64,000 bases of DNA from NCBI RefSeq assembly GCF_009914755.1, contig NC_060940.1. One strand, written 5' to 3'. The notes below the pieces were generated by a model, which searched no databases, was not told the origin of the DNA, and saw nothing but the letters and a program-made list of their open reading frames with translations. This stretch comes from the human T2T-CHM13v2.0 reference genome, Homo sapiens. The translations under genes and the position numbers were made by a program. This document shows, in pieces, positions 18,447 through 30,343 of this stretch. Positions within the stretch are counted from its first letter, which is position 1. Each line of letters begins with the position of its first letter.

Positions 18447-18587
18447 CTTCCTGGGAAGGAGGGTTGTAAGGCCAACCCATGGGAGTGTTTTGCCATCTTG
18501 GGGAAGCCTGTGGTCCCACTGGTGAAGAAGATGACCATTGGGTCCAAGGTCTTTGACTTAACACAGGTGTGTTCTGGGGATGCTGAT
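18447..18587 (-). CDS. ACSM1: ACSM1 coding exon (141 nt) with AMP-binding P-loop [11 protein letters not shown]
   Basis: CAG acceptor, AAG|GTAGGA donor, phase 2 to 2; translates [46 protein letters not shown]. Confidence 0.96.
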
Positions 18588-19214
18588 CTGCAAAGGGGTT
18601 CAAGACAAAAGGAAAAAAGTCATGATTGCTGTTTCTTCATCTTCTGGGAATGCAAAAGAAACATAAGGCACGGACAGGAAACTGGGAGTTTGCAACACTA
18701 GAGGAAAACTGGCTCTCCCGGAGTTAGGCATCACACTGACTTGATGGGTGATTCGGACATGTGGACCAGCATTTTTTTATTTGAAAAATTAGTAAAATAC
18801 AATGAATCTTAAGTCATTTAATCTTAAGTAATTTAAGTAATGAATCTTAAGTAATTTAATGAATTCATTAAGTAATCTAATGAACATTTGAATAGCACTT
18901 GCTATGTTCCAGGCAATGCTCTCAATGAGTTACAAATATGAACCATTCAGTACTCAGAGCAACCCTAGGAGATGAGTACTACTCTAATCATGCCCATTTT
19001 GCAGGTAAGGAAACTGAGACTCAGAGAGGTTAGGTAATTTGCTTGGTAATATACAGCTAGCAAATGGCAGAGCCAGGATTCAAACTCAGTCGGCATCCTA
19101 GTCTGTGCCCTTAACCAGACTGCTAAGCTTGTTTTTTAAAATTAAACTCTGTGACCTTGGTGATGAGGGGTGGGGAAGAGAAAGAGAGAAAGGGGGAGAG
19201 TAAAAAAAATATAT

Positions 19215-19370
19215 TTAGTTGGGCATGCTGGTGGGCGCTTATACTCCCAGCTACTCGGGAGGCTGAGCCAGGAGATTAGTTGTGAACCTGGGAGGCTGAG
19301 CTTGCAGTGAGCCGAGATCAAACCACTACACTCCAGCCTGGGTGACAGAGCAAAACTCCATCTCAAAAAA

Positions 19371-19389
<19 letters not shown>
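19215..19389 (+). mobile_element. Alu right monomer with poly-A
   Basis: Alu right-arm sequence and A-tail. Confidence 0.9.
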
Positions 19390-19410
<21 letters not shown>

Positions 19411-20050
19411 TAAAAAACATATTTATATATTATATATCATATATTAAATTTATATATAAAATTATATATAAATATATAAAATATATACTTTTATGTCATA
19501 TATAATATATACTTACATGTCATATATAAATATAATTATAGGATATATAATTTATATATAAGTATATATAATATATATCATATAGTATATATTGTATATA
19601 ATTTATATATAAGTATATATATACATATACATGTATATGTAAGTATATGTAAGTTATATATAATATTTATGCTTATATATAAATTATGCTTATATATAAA
19701 TTATGTACAAAATATGTATAATATATAATATATATTATATAATATATAAAAATATAAATATATAATATATGTAATATATAATATATAAATATAAATATAT
19801 ATAATATATAATAAATATAAATATATATAAAACATATTACATATAAATATATAAAAACATTTATATATTATATCTCATATATAAAATTTATATATAAAAT
19901 TATACATAAATATATAAAATATATACTTATATGTCATATATTATATACACTTACATGTCATATATACATATAATTATATGATATATATACTTATATATAA
20001 ATTATACTTATATATAAATTTGCATATTATATATATATTATATATAAAAT
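19389..20050. repeat. AT-rich low-complexity (TA)n-derived tract
   Basis: About 660 nt almost entirely A/T with internal block duplications. Confidence 0.95.
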
Positions 20051-21019
20051 TACTGCGATCAATGTACCTCTGCCCTAGCATGAGCTTGAGATGGCAGATA
20101 AGATCTGTGGTTCCCTCAGTCTCTCTTGTTTCTCAGGAGCTTCCCCTGGACTGAGAGGGCCTTGGGCCTACTACAATTGTAAATGCAAGGCTTCTATGGT
20201 GTTCAAAGCAACTGCAAATAATCCCAACACGAGAGGAAACACTAGGTCTGCTGGTCTTGCTGTGAAATGGTATCATACTGACTTTGGGAAATTCGAGGGA
20301 TTTTTCAAGAGTACTCTGTTTTAATTAAATTCTCTGACATTAGACTACAGCATAAGATGTGACTTTGCTGTAATGTTTGCCTTTTGGGGTTGAAATAAAG
20401 AGCTTTAAAAACTCAAGTATTACTCCAAGAAAACAAACCCAGCATGGTTTGTGTGTATAATGTGAGACATGACTGAAGGCTTACAGAATCAGAGTTTTGG
20501 AGGCAGAAGGGGCCTTTCTTATCTCCAGCCTTCCTTCACTTTGCCCCCAGGTGTCTCTGAAGGCACCCAGTCCCTGGGAGATGGAAAGAGTTTGCTCCCA
20601 AAGCTACCTATAAGCCATAGTTGGCAATTCCATTTTTCTTGGGGTCTTAAGTTTTACCTTAAAAATTCATTTTAACCTTTCATTCAACTACTTCATATAT
20701 TTTTAATAGAAAAATAAGACTTTAGGTTTCCCACCTACAAGGAATATGTAACACAATAACCCCCTGACTTTACAAATCTCCTTTGCACAGTCCCAGGGGT
20801 GAGTATATTTTAATGAGAGGAACATGGAAGGTTGACTTGCTGAAAAATGTGAAATTTTACAGATAAAGCAACTGAGATCAAGAGAGGGCAAGGAACTAGG
20901 TCAGGGTCACATAGCAAAACAGTGACATAAGTGAGGTTTCTGACAACTGACTTGATGACCTTCCTACCACTGGCTGCTTGTCTCTCACCACTTGGGAGTG
21001 AATGGCATTCTTCTACCTG

Positions 21020-21524
21020 TGGAACAGGAATTAAAAGAAATTAAAGAATGTGTAAGCAAAAACTCAGTTGTATGTAAGAAAACCCAGTTGCCCCAGAGGA
21101 AGAGAAAGAGGTGGAGTCCTTTAAAAATTAACTGCCTGTTTCTCTGTCTGTGGCTAGTGAGCCTTATCTCTCCCTTTCCCAGGCATTGTGAAGACCCTGT
21201 TTCTCTAGCTGTGCAGCTGCAAGGTCACTAGACAGATAAACCCAAGTTGCAAAACATGTTTTTCCTTGAAAAGTAAGAAATGATGTAATGCATGTCTCAA
21301 TTGAATAACTGTCTTTGTTTCTCACTTCTGTAATATGCTTCCCCCTGAACAGATCTCTCCCTCCCCCCTCTCCACCCCCAAAATGCTTAAAAGGTAACCT
21401 GACTCTTTGTTCTGGGCTCAGTCCTTTGGATATTAATCTGACTGGGTTGGCTGGTGCACCTAAATAATACATATATCCTCCTCAACCCCATCGGTCTCTC
21501 TGATTCCTAAATCATCCCCAAACA
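21020..21524 (+). promoter_or_regulatory. 5' LTR (LTR15-like)
   Basis: TG...CA termini; direct repeat of 28639-29131; AGGTCA at 21222, AGATAA at 21235, TATA-like TTAAAA near 21388. Confidence 0.9.
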
Positions 21525-21528
21525 TTTC

Positions 21529-21546
21529 TGGTGGCCCATATGGGGA
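21529..21546 (+). other. Primer-binding site, tRNA-Ile
   Basis: TGGTGGCCCATATGGGGA matches the complement of the tRNA-Ile(AAU) 3' end (TGGTGGCCCGTACGGGGA) with two CpG-type transitions. Confidence 0.88.
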
Positions 21547-22448
21547 TTGGAGATAACAGATTTACTGTCTCCTTTGCCCATGGGACTAGGGCCCTGGGGC
21601 TGTGGAAGACCTGGCATCCAAGGCATGCCATGGGGGAGTTTCACCCGGATGGAGACTGGCTCTCCCCGCATCCTGCCCAGCAGTGCAACTGAACCTGAGA
21701 TGGGGCTGCAGGATGACACCAGCACTTCAGGAACCGCGGTAAGGAGAAAGGGCCCAAGGTAGGAAAGCCCATCCCATAGGGATGAAGGTGAGCTTGATCA
21801 CCTCCCAGGGACCAACCACTCATCCAACCCAGAGTGGCTGGGGGTGGCAGGAGTGGCCCGCCAATTTGGATGAACCTCGTGTCCCCCTAACAAAGTGAAA
21901 GTGGTTCACTGGTGGAGAAAATGGGCCGATACAGCGGCAAGTGCAGCAAGGAAGAGTTTGCTGGCAGAATGGTAAGAGTGGCTTGCCACCCCAACTGGGA
22001 GTGTGTGGGTGTGTGCGGACCTACCCAGGACACCAGAGAGGTTCGTTTCCTCTGATGAAGAGTCCTGGGGTAGAAGTGGTGTGTGTATGTGTGTGAATGT
22101 GGGAATCTAACTAGGCTCACCCGGGACACGAGAGAGGGTTGTTTTGTCCGATGAGGAGTCCTGAGGCAAGGGAGGTGTGTGAAAGTGTGTGAAAGAGACG
22201 GTCTCAGGAGAGGCCAATGCGGGGAGTAATGTGGGGAGGCACAGATCCCTTAGCGCAGGCTGTGTGCTCCCAGGCGAGTGTGGGGGAAATCAGTCCTAGG
22301 ATGTTGCATATGGCTGATAGGTTGAGCTTCACAGCTGCAGCAGTCTGTGGCAGGGAAAGGCACGTTCCTGGCTAAGCAGCGTCTGAAACTCCTGTAATAG
22401 GACCCAGTCTGGTGGACCTTAGAGTGAAAGTGCACCTCAAGGGAGGAA

Positions 22449-23900
22449 ATGGGAGGAAAAGCATGGAAACCAACTCCTTTTGGAGTGCATGATAAAGAAT
22501 TTTTAAAAAGGATTTAGAGCTGATTATGGGATGAAACTGGATGTTCAAAAGTTAAGGACATACTGTGAATTAGAATAGCCCTCTTTTAGTGATGGATGGC
22601 TGACCAATGGCACTATAGGTAAATTGGCTGTGTGTTTTAAGGTAGTGACTAGCCCTGGAAGACAGCCAGGGCATTCAGACCTAGTCTTTATATTGATTCA
22701 TGGCTAAATGAATGCAGCCCTGCCTAGCAGTTTATTGTAGAACGTTCACAGCTCACACCCAGAGAAACCAGCTGCGCTGGCGGCTACGGAGTTAAAGGTA
22801 AAGTCACAGAGGCTTGTAGCACCAAAAGTGAAAAGTGAAAGCCAAAAGTAAAAGTAAAAATCAGCTGCCCTGGCAACTACGGAGACAAAAGAAAAGTCTC
22901 AGGAAAGAGAAAACCAGTTTTGCAAGAACCACAGGAGGGAATAGAGACCCCTCCTCCCTACATTCCAATCTACCTCCCTTTACCAAGGCTAACTGCCCCT
23001 AAGGAATTAAGTTCAAAGAGATACAGGCTCCCAGTCTCACCTGAGAAGGAGAAATTAGAGCTCCAGGAAGTTAAAGTGAAAGGCTGGAAAAGTCAGGGAG
23101 GGTGTCTCAGGTCTGGTCACGCCCAAGTTATGCTTACGCCTCTTAAGAGGACAAGAGGACACCCACTAGGACCCAGATGATGCAGTCCAGCTTCAGCACC
23201 TACAAAAGTGCCAAGAAGCCCTTCTGCAAAGGCTAAAGGCTGGTAAAAGAAAAAGGCAACCAATATAAAAAATCTCAGAGGTGCTCCAGGGTGCAGATAA
23301 AAGCACCAGCCAGTTTTAAGAAAGACTTTTTGAGGCATTTTGGTTGTACACTCTGTTTAACCCTAAGGCTGCTGAAAATCAGTGCATGGTGGACACAGCA
23401 TTTGTAAGGCAGGCCCAAGGAGATATCAGGCACAAATTGCAGAAGTTAGAAGCTCCGTAGGCGTGAATGCAACTCAGCTTATTAAAGTGGTTACAAGGTG
23501 TACATTAACTGAGTTCAGGAGGCAGAGAAGAAAGCTGATCAGAGGCTTAACAAAGGCTAATTTACTAGCAGCAGCCCTTATGGGAAGAGAAGCTGGCTTT
23601 GCAAGGAGGCATGGTCGTGGGCGTGAACACAGTCATGGAAAAGGCTGGTTTGGACAGGAGTTTGAAAGCTGGCCAAGGCTAGAGAGAGATTAATGTGCAC
23701 GGTGCAAAAGGAAATGACACTAGAAGAATAAATGCCCCAAAAAATAAATAAATAAAATAAGGAGAATGGTCAAGGCCATGGTATAAAAAAAAACCCTCCA
23801 GCCAAGGGCTACTGCACCCAGGAGAAACCCAAGACTCCCTGCACCTGCTGTGAAAGGCAGGACATAAAGTGTCAGAAAAAAGCTCAAATCTGCTCTAAAA
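22449..23900 (+). pseudogene. gag remnant
   Basis: MGGK start at 22449, PPPY late domain (ETPPPYIPIY), MHR-like segment near 23281-23330, broken CX2CX4HX4C knuckle near 23693-23735; many stops. Confidence 0.8.
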
Positions 23901-23904
23901 GTCT

Positions 23905-26273
23905 CCAGTATTTAAGCCTTTATATAAGCCAAGAGGAAAGATGGCTTAGTAGTAAACAAAAGCAATCTGTTTGTGCACTTCCTACTCCAACCACCTGGTG
24001 TCAAATAAGAGAGTTCCTAAGGGCAGCAAGGTTCTGCTGCATTTAGATCCCAAATTTCTAGCTTATGGCTAAGCCACAAAGAGAAGGAAAGAAAGAGCCC
24101 CTCCTCTAGGAGGCTAACCAGGAGAAGACTTTTAAAGAAATTAAAAAAAAAAAAAAAGCCTTGACTCAGGCCCCAGCTTTAGGACTGCCAGATCTAACTA
24201 ACTAAGCTTATCTTCTTGTATGCCCATAAGTGAAAGGGAGGCCATGAAGGTTCTAACTCAAGCCATAAGGTCATGGCATCACCCAGTGACATACTTATCC
24301 AGGCAATTAGATTCTGTGGCACTTCACTGGCCTCCTTGTTTTAAAGCAATAGCTGCCACTGCCCTACTGGCTCAATAAGCTAACAAACTAACTTTAGAGA
24401 CTGTGAATACCCTAAACCCGGCTACCTTGCTCCTCATCAAGTCAGTACCAGGAGACCCCCTTCATTGCTGTGTAAATGTGATAGATGAAGTGTTCTCAAG
24501 CCAGAGAGATTTGACAGATAGGCCCCTTGGGGAGCCAGACATAGAATATTTTACTGATGGAAGCAGTTTCATACGAAAGGGAATCTGCTGAGCTGGGTAT
24601 GCAGTGGTGACTTTGGACTCAGTAGTAGAGGTGCAGTCTTTGCCTACAGAAACTTCTGCTTAGAAAGCAGAGCTAATAGCTCTGACAAGAGCTCTCTGGC
24701 TAGCAAAAGACCAAAAGACAAATATTTACACAGATTCCAAATATGCTTCTGACACTTTCCATGTTCATGAGGCTATTTACAAAGAAAAAAAAGGCTTTTA
24801 ACTGCTGAAAGTAAAGAAATAAAGTACAAGGAAGAAATTCTACAGCTCTTAAATGCTGTATAGGCCTTAAAAGATGTGGCAGAGATGCACTGCAAGGGGC
24901 ACCATAAAGGAAGAATACTAAAGGCTAAAATAAATAAATAAATAAATAAATAAATAAATGAGACAAAGAGGCAAAGCAGGACAACCCCACCTTCTAAAGA
25001 AGAAGCCTTAGCTATGCCTCTCCTCCCAGAGATTCCCCTTCTGTAGATCCCAAGCTACACTCCAAATGAAAGGGCTTGTTTTGCCCAGAAAAATATCAAC
25101 TACATTGAAGAAGGATAGTAAAAATTTTCCAGTGGGAGGCTAGCCATCCCTGAAACGGTGGCCCCCAGATTTGTAAAACAGTTCCACCAAGGAACTGACC
25201 TGAAAAAAAAACACACAAAAAAACAGCACTAAAGACATTATTAAGGCATCATTTCTATGTGCCATGGCTCACTGCTATTACTCAAGCCATTTGTAAATGA
25301 ACAATATTTAACTTGTGTTCAGAACAATCCATGACAAGGGCTTACTCCACCCCCAGGAGTTCAGGAAACAGAAGCCATGCCATGTGAAAAACTGCTTATG
25401 AACTTCACCGAATTACCCTGTGATGGGGGCTATCAGTACATGTTGGTGTTCACCTTTTCAGGATAAGTCAAGGCCTTCCTCACCGGGACAGAGAAGGAAC
25501 TAGAGGTGACCAAAGTGTTGTTAAAAGACATTATTCCCAGATTTGGACTGCCTCTAACTCTAAGATCTCACAATGGACCAACATTTGTGGCTGAAATAGT
25601 TCAGGACTTAACTTGACTATTAAAAATAAAATGGAAATAACATATAGCCTACAGACTGCAGAGCTCAGGTAAAGCGAAGAGCATGAACCAGACACTAAAA
25701 CAACTGCTGAAGAAATTGTGTCAAGAAACTCATCAAAGGTAGGATCAGGTCTTGCCCATGGTCCTCCTCCAAGTCAGGTGCACCTCCACCAAGCAAACTG
25801 GGTATTCCCCCTCTGAGATTTTGTTCAGCCGGCCACCCCCCATCATCTGTAGACTAGAAGAAGTAACTTTAAGAAGGCAAATGCAGACTTTAAGTATGGC
25901 CATGCAAAAATGCATGGCTAGGTATAGAAAAATGCCTATAAGTCTAACAGACCCAGTACACCCTTTCAAACCTAAGGATTTTCTTTAAGTTAAAAAATGG
26001 AATCCAACCACTCTAGGACCCATACAGGATAGGCCTCATATTGTAATCATGTCTACTTCTACTGCTGTTAAAGTTGCAGGTGTCACACCTTGGATTCACC
26101 ATAGCTGGCTGAAACTAGCAGCAGCAGTGACTCCCGACTATGACCAGTGGATTAACCAACAAGACCCTGATTGCCCCACCCGAATAGACCTACGGCGAAT
26201 CCCAACCACCAGTAAGAAGGACAACTGCCCTGCTCTGACCACACTGGAGGCTGGTCAGTCTACACATGGCTGA
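23905..26273 (+). pseudogene. pol remnant (RT thumb/connection, RNase H, integrase); protease and RT catalytic core not seen
   Basis: YFTDGSSF (RNase H), SHNGPTFVAE-like integrase core near 25565, STSTAVKVAGVTPWIHHS (integrase C-terminus); no YxDD found. Confidence 0.85.
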
Positions 26274-26485
26274 AGCTTGAAGATCTTGCAAGCTCTGCTC
26301 TAGTCACATCCTGGAAGCTGACTAGTCTACACACAGCCGAAGCTAAGAGGACCATCTCTAGATAAGTAAATGTAGATAAAATTTATAAGCCTAGTTATAA
26401 TTGTTCTGTTGTTACATTATTACTGCAAATGCTGCAAATGTCCATGCCCAGAGGAAGGTTTGCCATTCCTATGTGTAGTGTAAGC

Positions 26486-28604
26486 ATGTTTCTATTACAT
26501 ACACTAATGTTGTTACCATTTCTGCCTATACTAGAAGGGGAGAAATCTCTAGAAGGATGCCCACACTGTGTACATACTACCTGGGTAAGGAATACCATAG
26601 TTAAAACTCTACTGTACCATACCTACAGTACAGGAACCAAGTTAGGAACCTGCACATACAACCAGACCACCTATTCGGTCTGTGACCCAGGAAATAATCA
26701 GCTATATGTATGTTATGACCCTAAGCTCTTACCCTATGAATTCTGGTTTGAAATACATATTAAATCAGAGGGAGAAAAAGAAGGAGAGTTATAGCTCGAA
26801 CAAAAGAAGCCCCTCCCTCCTGTAAAGGGCCTATTTCCTTGTACTTTGATGCCTGCTATGCTGCATATGTTCACAATCCTAAAAAAAAACAGAAGCAGTC
26901 TGCAATGGTGTAACACAAGAGAGGCTTAGCAGGAGCAGCCCTAAGCATCTGTACAAAGAACCACAAATCGGATGCCCAGACTGTAACATTCAGTGGTCCA
27001 CACTAACACAACTCCAATATTTATATTCAGGAAGGAGTGCTCTGCTAAGTAGTATGTTAACCAAACCAAACTGTAAGACAAGAACATGCAATCCTTTACA
27101 TTTTACTATCTTAAAGCCAGAGATACCTTTCTGGTCTACAGGACAGACAGCACTATAACGACTTGATAGACTAGGAGCAGGCCTTGGAGTTCCACTACTA
27201 ATTGTCAAAAAGACTAAAAGGACTCAAATGCATCCAACCCCGCAATTCTGGGTCCATAATCATTCTATAAGCATTTGGATAAGCCAGTGCCTGAGCTTCC
27301 CCCACCAACCAAAAACTTATTTGCTCAACTAGCTGAAAACATAGCTGGCAGCTTAGGAATTTCCTCATGCTATGTACGTGGAGGAACTAATATGGGGAAC
27401 CAGTGGCCATGGGAGGCAAAGGAATTAATGCCACAAGATAACTTCACTTCGCTTAACCCTGCCAGTGAACCAACAGCCTCAGCCAGTGTTTGGTTGTTAA
27501 AAACCTCCATAATTGGAAAGTACCGTATCGCCCGTTGGGGAAAGGCTTTCACAGAGGCAGTAGGAGAAATAACCTGCCTAGGGCAACAGTATTATGATGA
27601 GACTAAAAACAAAACTCTATGGAGAAGCACCCAGAATTACTCCTACTTACCAGATCCAAATCCTTTATCTCCATTCTCTACCCTAAGCCACACTTGGCAT
27701 CAACTAGAGGTTCCAAATGCTTCGAAAGCACCCTCTGGCCTATATTGGATCTGTGGAGCATGGGCATATTGGCAACTGCCAGCTAAATGGACAGGAGCAT
27801 GTGTGTAGTAACAATCAAGCCATTCTTCTTTCTAATTCCTCTAAAGCAAGGGGAACTCTTATGGTATCCAGTTGATGATGAAAATAAAAGAAGAACTAGA
27901 AGAGCATAATCACAAAAATAGACACAAATGTCAAAAAGGATGTGGACATAGGAGACTGGAAAGATAATGAATGGCCTCCTGAAAGAATAATTAAATATTA
28001 TTGGCCAGCTACCTGGGTGCAAGATGGGTCATGGGGTTACCACACCCCAATCTATATGCTCAACTGCATCATAAGGTTGCAGGCAGTCTTTGAAATTATA
28101 ACCAATGAAACATCAAGGGCACTAGATTTATTGGCAATACAAGCAACACAAATGAGAAATGCTATATATTGAAATAGATTGGCATTAGATTATCACTTAG
28201 CCTCTGAAGGAAGAGTATGTGGAAAATTTAATTTAACCAACTGTTGCCTAGAAATTGCTAATAATGGCCGGGTTGTCATGGAAATCAGAGCTAGAATGCA
28301 CAAGTTGGCCCATGTTCCAATTCAGACTTGGTCCTAATGGTCCCTGGATTCTTTGTTTGGAGGATGGTTCTCAACCTTTGGAGGATTCAAAACCCTCACT
28401 GGTGGGTTTTTGTTTATTCTTGGCATCTGCCTCATCCTCCCTTACCTTTTACCCCTGTTTATTAGGAGGATTCAGTCAACTATAGAGGCAGTAATAACTC
28501 AACACACTACCGCACAGTTGATGGCATTAACCAAATATCAGCCACTGCCAGTAGAAGAAGCTCAGCTCTGTGAAGAGGTGGCAAATAGTGGTGCTTTCTA
28601 TTAA
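26486..28604 (+). pseudogene. env remnant, ERV3/HERV-R-like
   Basis: Signal peptide plus CPHC; [12 protein letters not shown]; furin site KRRTRR near 27886; NRLALDY...[10 protein letters not shown]; TM anchor in ORF 28353-28604; several stops/frameshifts. Confidence 0.92.
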
Positions 28605-28638
28605 CACCTTTGTTATAAAAAGCAACAAAGGGGGGAAA

Positions 28639-29131
28639 TGGAACAGGAATTAAAAGAAATTAAAGAATGCATAAGCAAAAACTCAATTGTATGTAGGGAA
28701 ACCCAATTCCTCCTGAGGAAGAGAAAGAGGTGGAGTCCTTTAAAAATTCACTGCCTGTTTTTCCGTCTGTAGCTAGTGAGCCTTATCTCTCCCTTTCCCA
28801 GGCATTGTGAAGACCCTGTTTCTCCAGCTGTGCAGCTGCATGGTCACTAGACAGATAAACTCAAGTTGTAAAACATGTTTTTCCTTGAAAAGTAAGAAAT
28901 GATGTAATACATGTCTCAACTGAATAACTGTCTTTGTTTCTCACTTCTGTAGTAAGCTTCCCCCTGCACAGATCTCCCCTCTCACCCCATGAAATGCTTA
29001 AAAGGTAACCTGACTCTTTGTTCAGGGCTCAGTCCTTTGGATGTTAATCTGACTGGGCTGGTGCACCTAAATAATAAATACATCCTCCTCAACCCCACTG
29101 GTCTCTCTGATTCCTAAATTATCCCACAACA
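28639..29131 (+). promoter_or_regulatory. 3' LTR (LTR15-like) with poly(A) signal
   Basis: Direct repeat of the 5' LTR after the PPT; AATAAA at 29073-29078. Confidence 0.9.
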
Positions 29132-29171
29132 ACTGTACTCAGAGATTATATTCATCAGACCAGAGACTCAC

Positions 29172-29379
29172 TTAACCAGCGATCGGAAGTCCAGCCACCC
29201 TTCACGGCTGTGATCAGACACCAGGAGCTTGGTTTTCAGAGAGGGGCACTGAGAAGCTATGGAGTCCACCTCTGAGGCAAGGGCATCTATGGTCACAATG
29301 CCCTTGGCTTTAGACAACTGTAGTCGATAGAGAATGTCTTTGGCCTTCAACAGGATGGTCGCAGGAATGAAGATGATCC
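29172..29379 (-). CDS. ACSM1: ACSM1 coding exon (208 nt; [21 protein letters not shown]...[10 protein letters not shown])
   Basis: CAG acceptor, AA|GTGAGT donor, phase 1 to 2. Confidence 0.96.
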
Positions 29380-30000
29380 CTGGGGATGAGAAAGGAACTG
29401 ATTGTTTTGGTTTCTTTTTCACAACCATGGGCTTTAGACTTGGCTTGTCTGCATCGAAATACCCTAACTTCTTGTTATGTAAAGTACAGGCCACAGAACA
29501 ACAGCAGCAGCACTATCCAGGATGCAGAATCTCACACCCTGTTTCAAACCTACAGAATCAGAATCTGCATCTTAACAAGTTTTCCAAGTGATTCTTTTGC
29601 ACTAAAATTTGTAAGCCCTGCCCTAATCTTTTCTACTGTAAATGGATCTAGCCAAAAAATGGGTGGACACTGCTTTACACACATTTACACAGGATCTGGA
29701 AGTATAGATGTAAACAGAACAGTGTCTCTGACATCAAGAATAGCTGCATCTCTCCCCCATCTTTCCCTTCCTTTTCCCCTTTCTGTCATTCCTTGGATGT
29801 CATCTTGAATGTCCCCTCTTTCCTTCATTCTGTATTTCACCACATTGTCCTTTGAGTTTTTTGCATTCCCTTCTATCTCCATTGCCAACAGTGAGCTCAA
29901 GCCTTTGTGTTTCCTTCTGGATTCTCATCCCTCCACCAGTTTTGAATCTTCCTGCTACCCATCTTCCATATTATTATTTGCTTAGTTCCATAAACATTGA

Positions 30001-30343
<343 letters not shown>

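Larger units (their letters stand above)
21020..29131 (+). mobile_element. Defective class I endogenous retrovirus, RRHERV-I/HERV15-like
   Basis: Paired LTRs, tRNA-Ile PBS, gag/pol/env remnants, PPT 28627-28638, imperfect 4-bp TSD (CCTG/ACTG). Confidence 0.9.

Noticed and set aside
18800-18885. AATGAATCTTAAGTAATTT-type repeats resembling an array
   Set aside because: Irregular slippage repeat with no unique spacers; no CRISPR context in a primate genome.
22052-22160. CTGATGA/CCGATGA suggesting a hammerhead ribozyme or C box
   Set aside because: No stem II followed by GAAA and no matching cleavage triplet geometry; kept only as a structured leader repeat.
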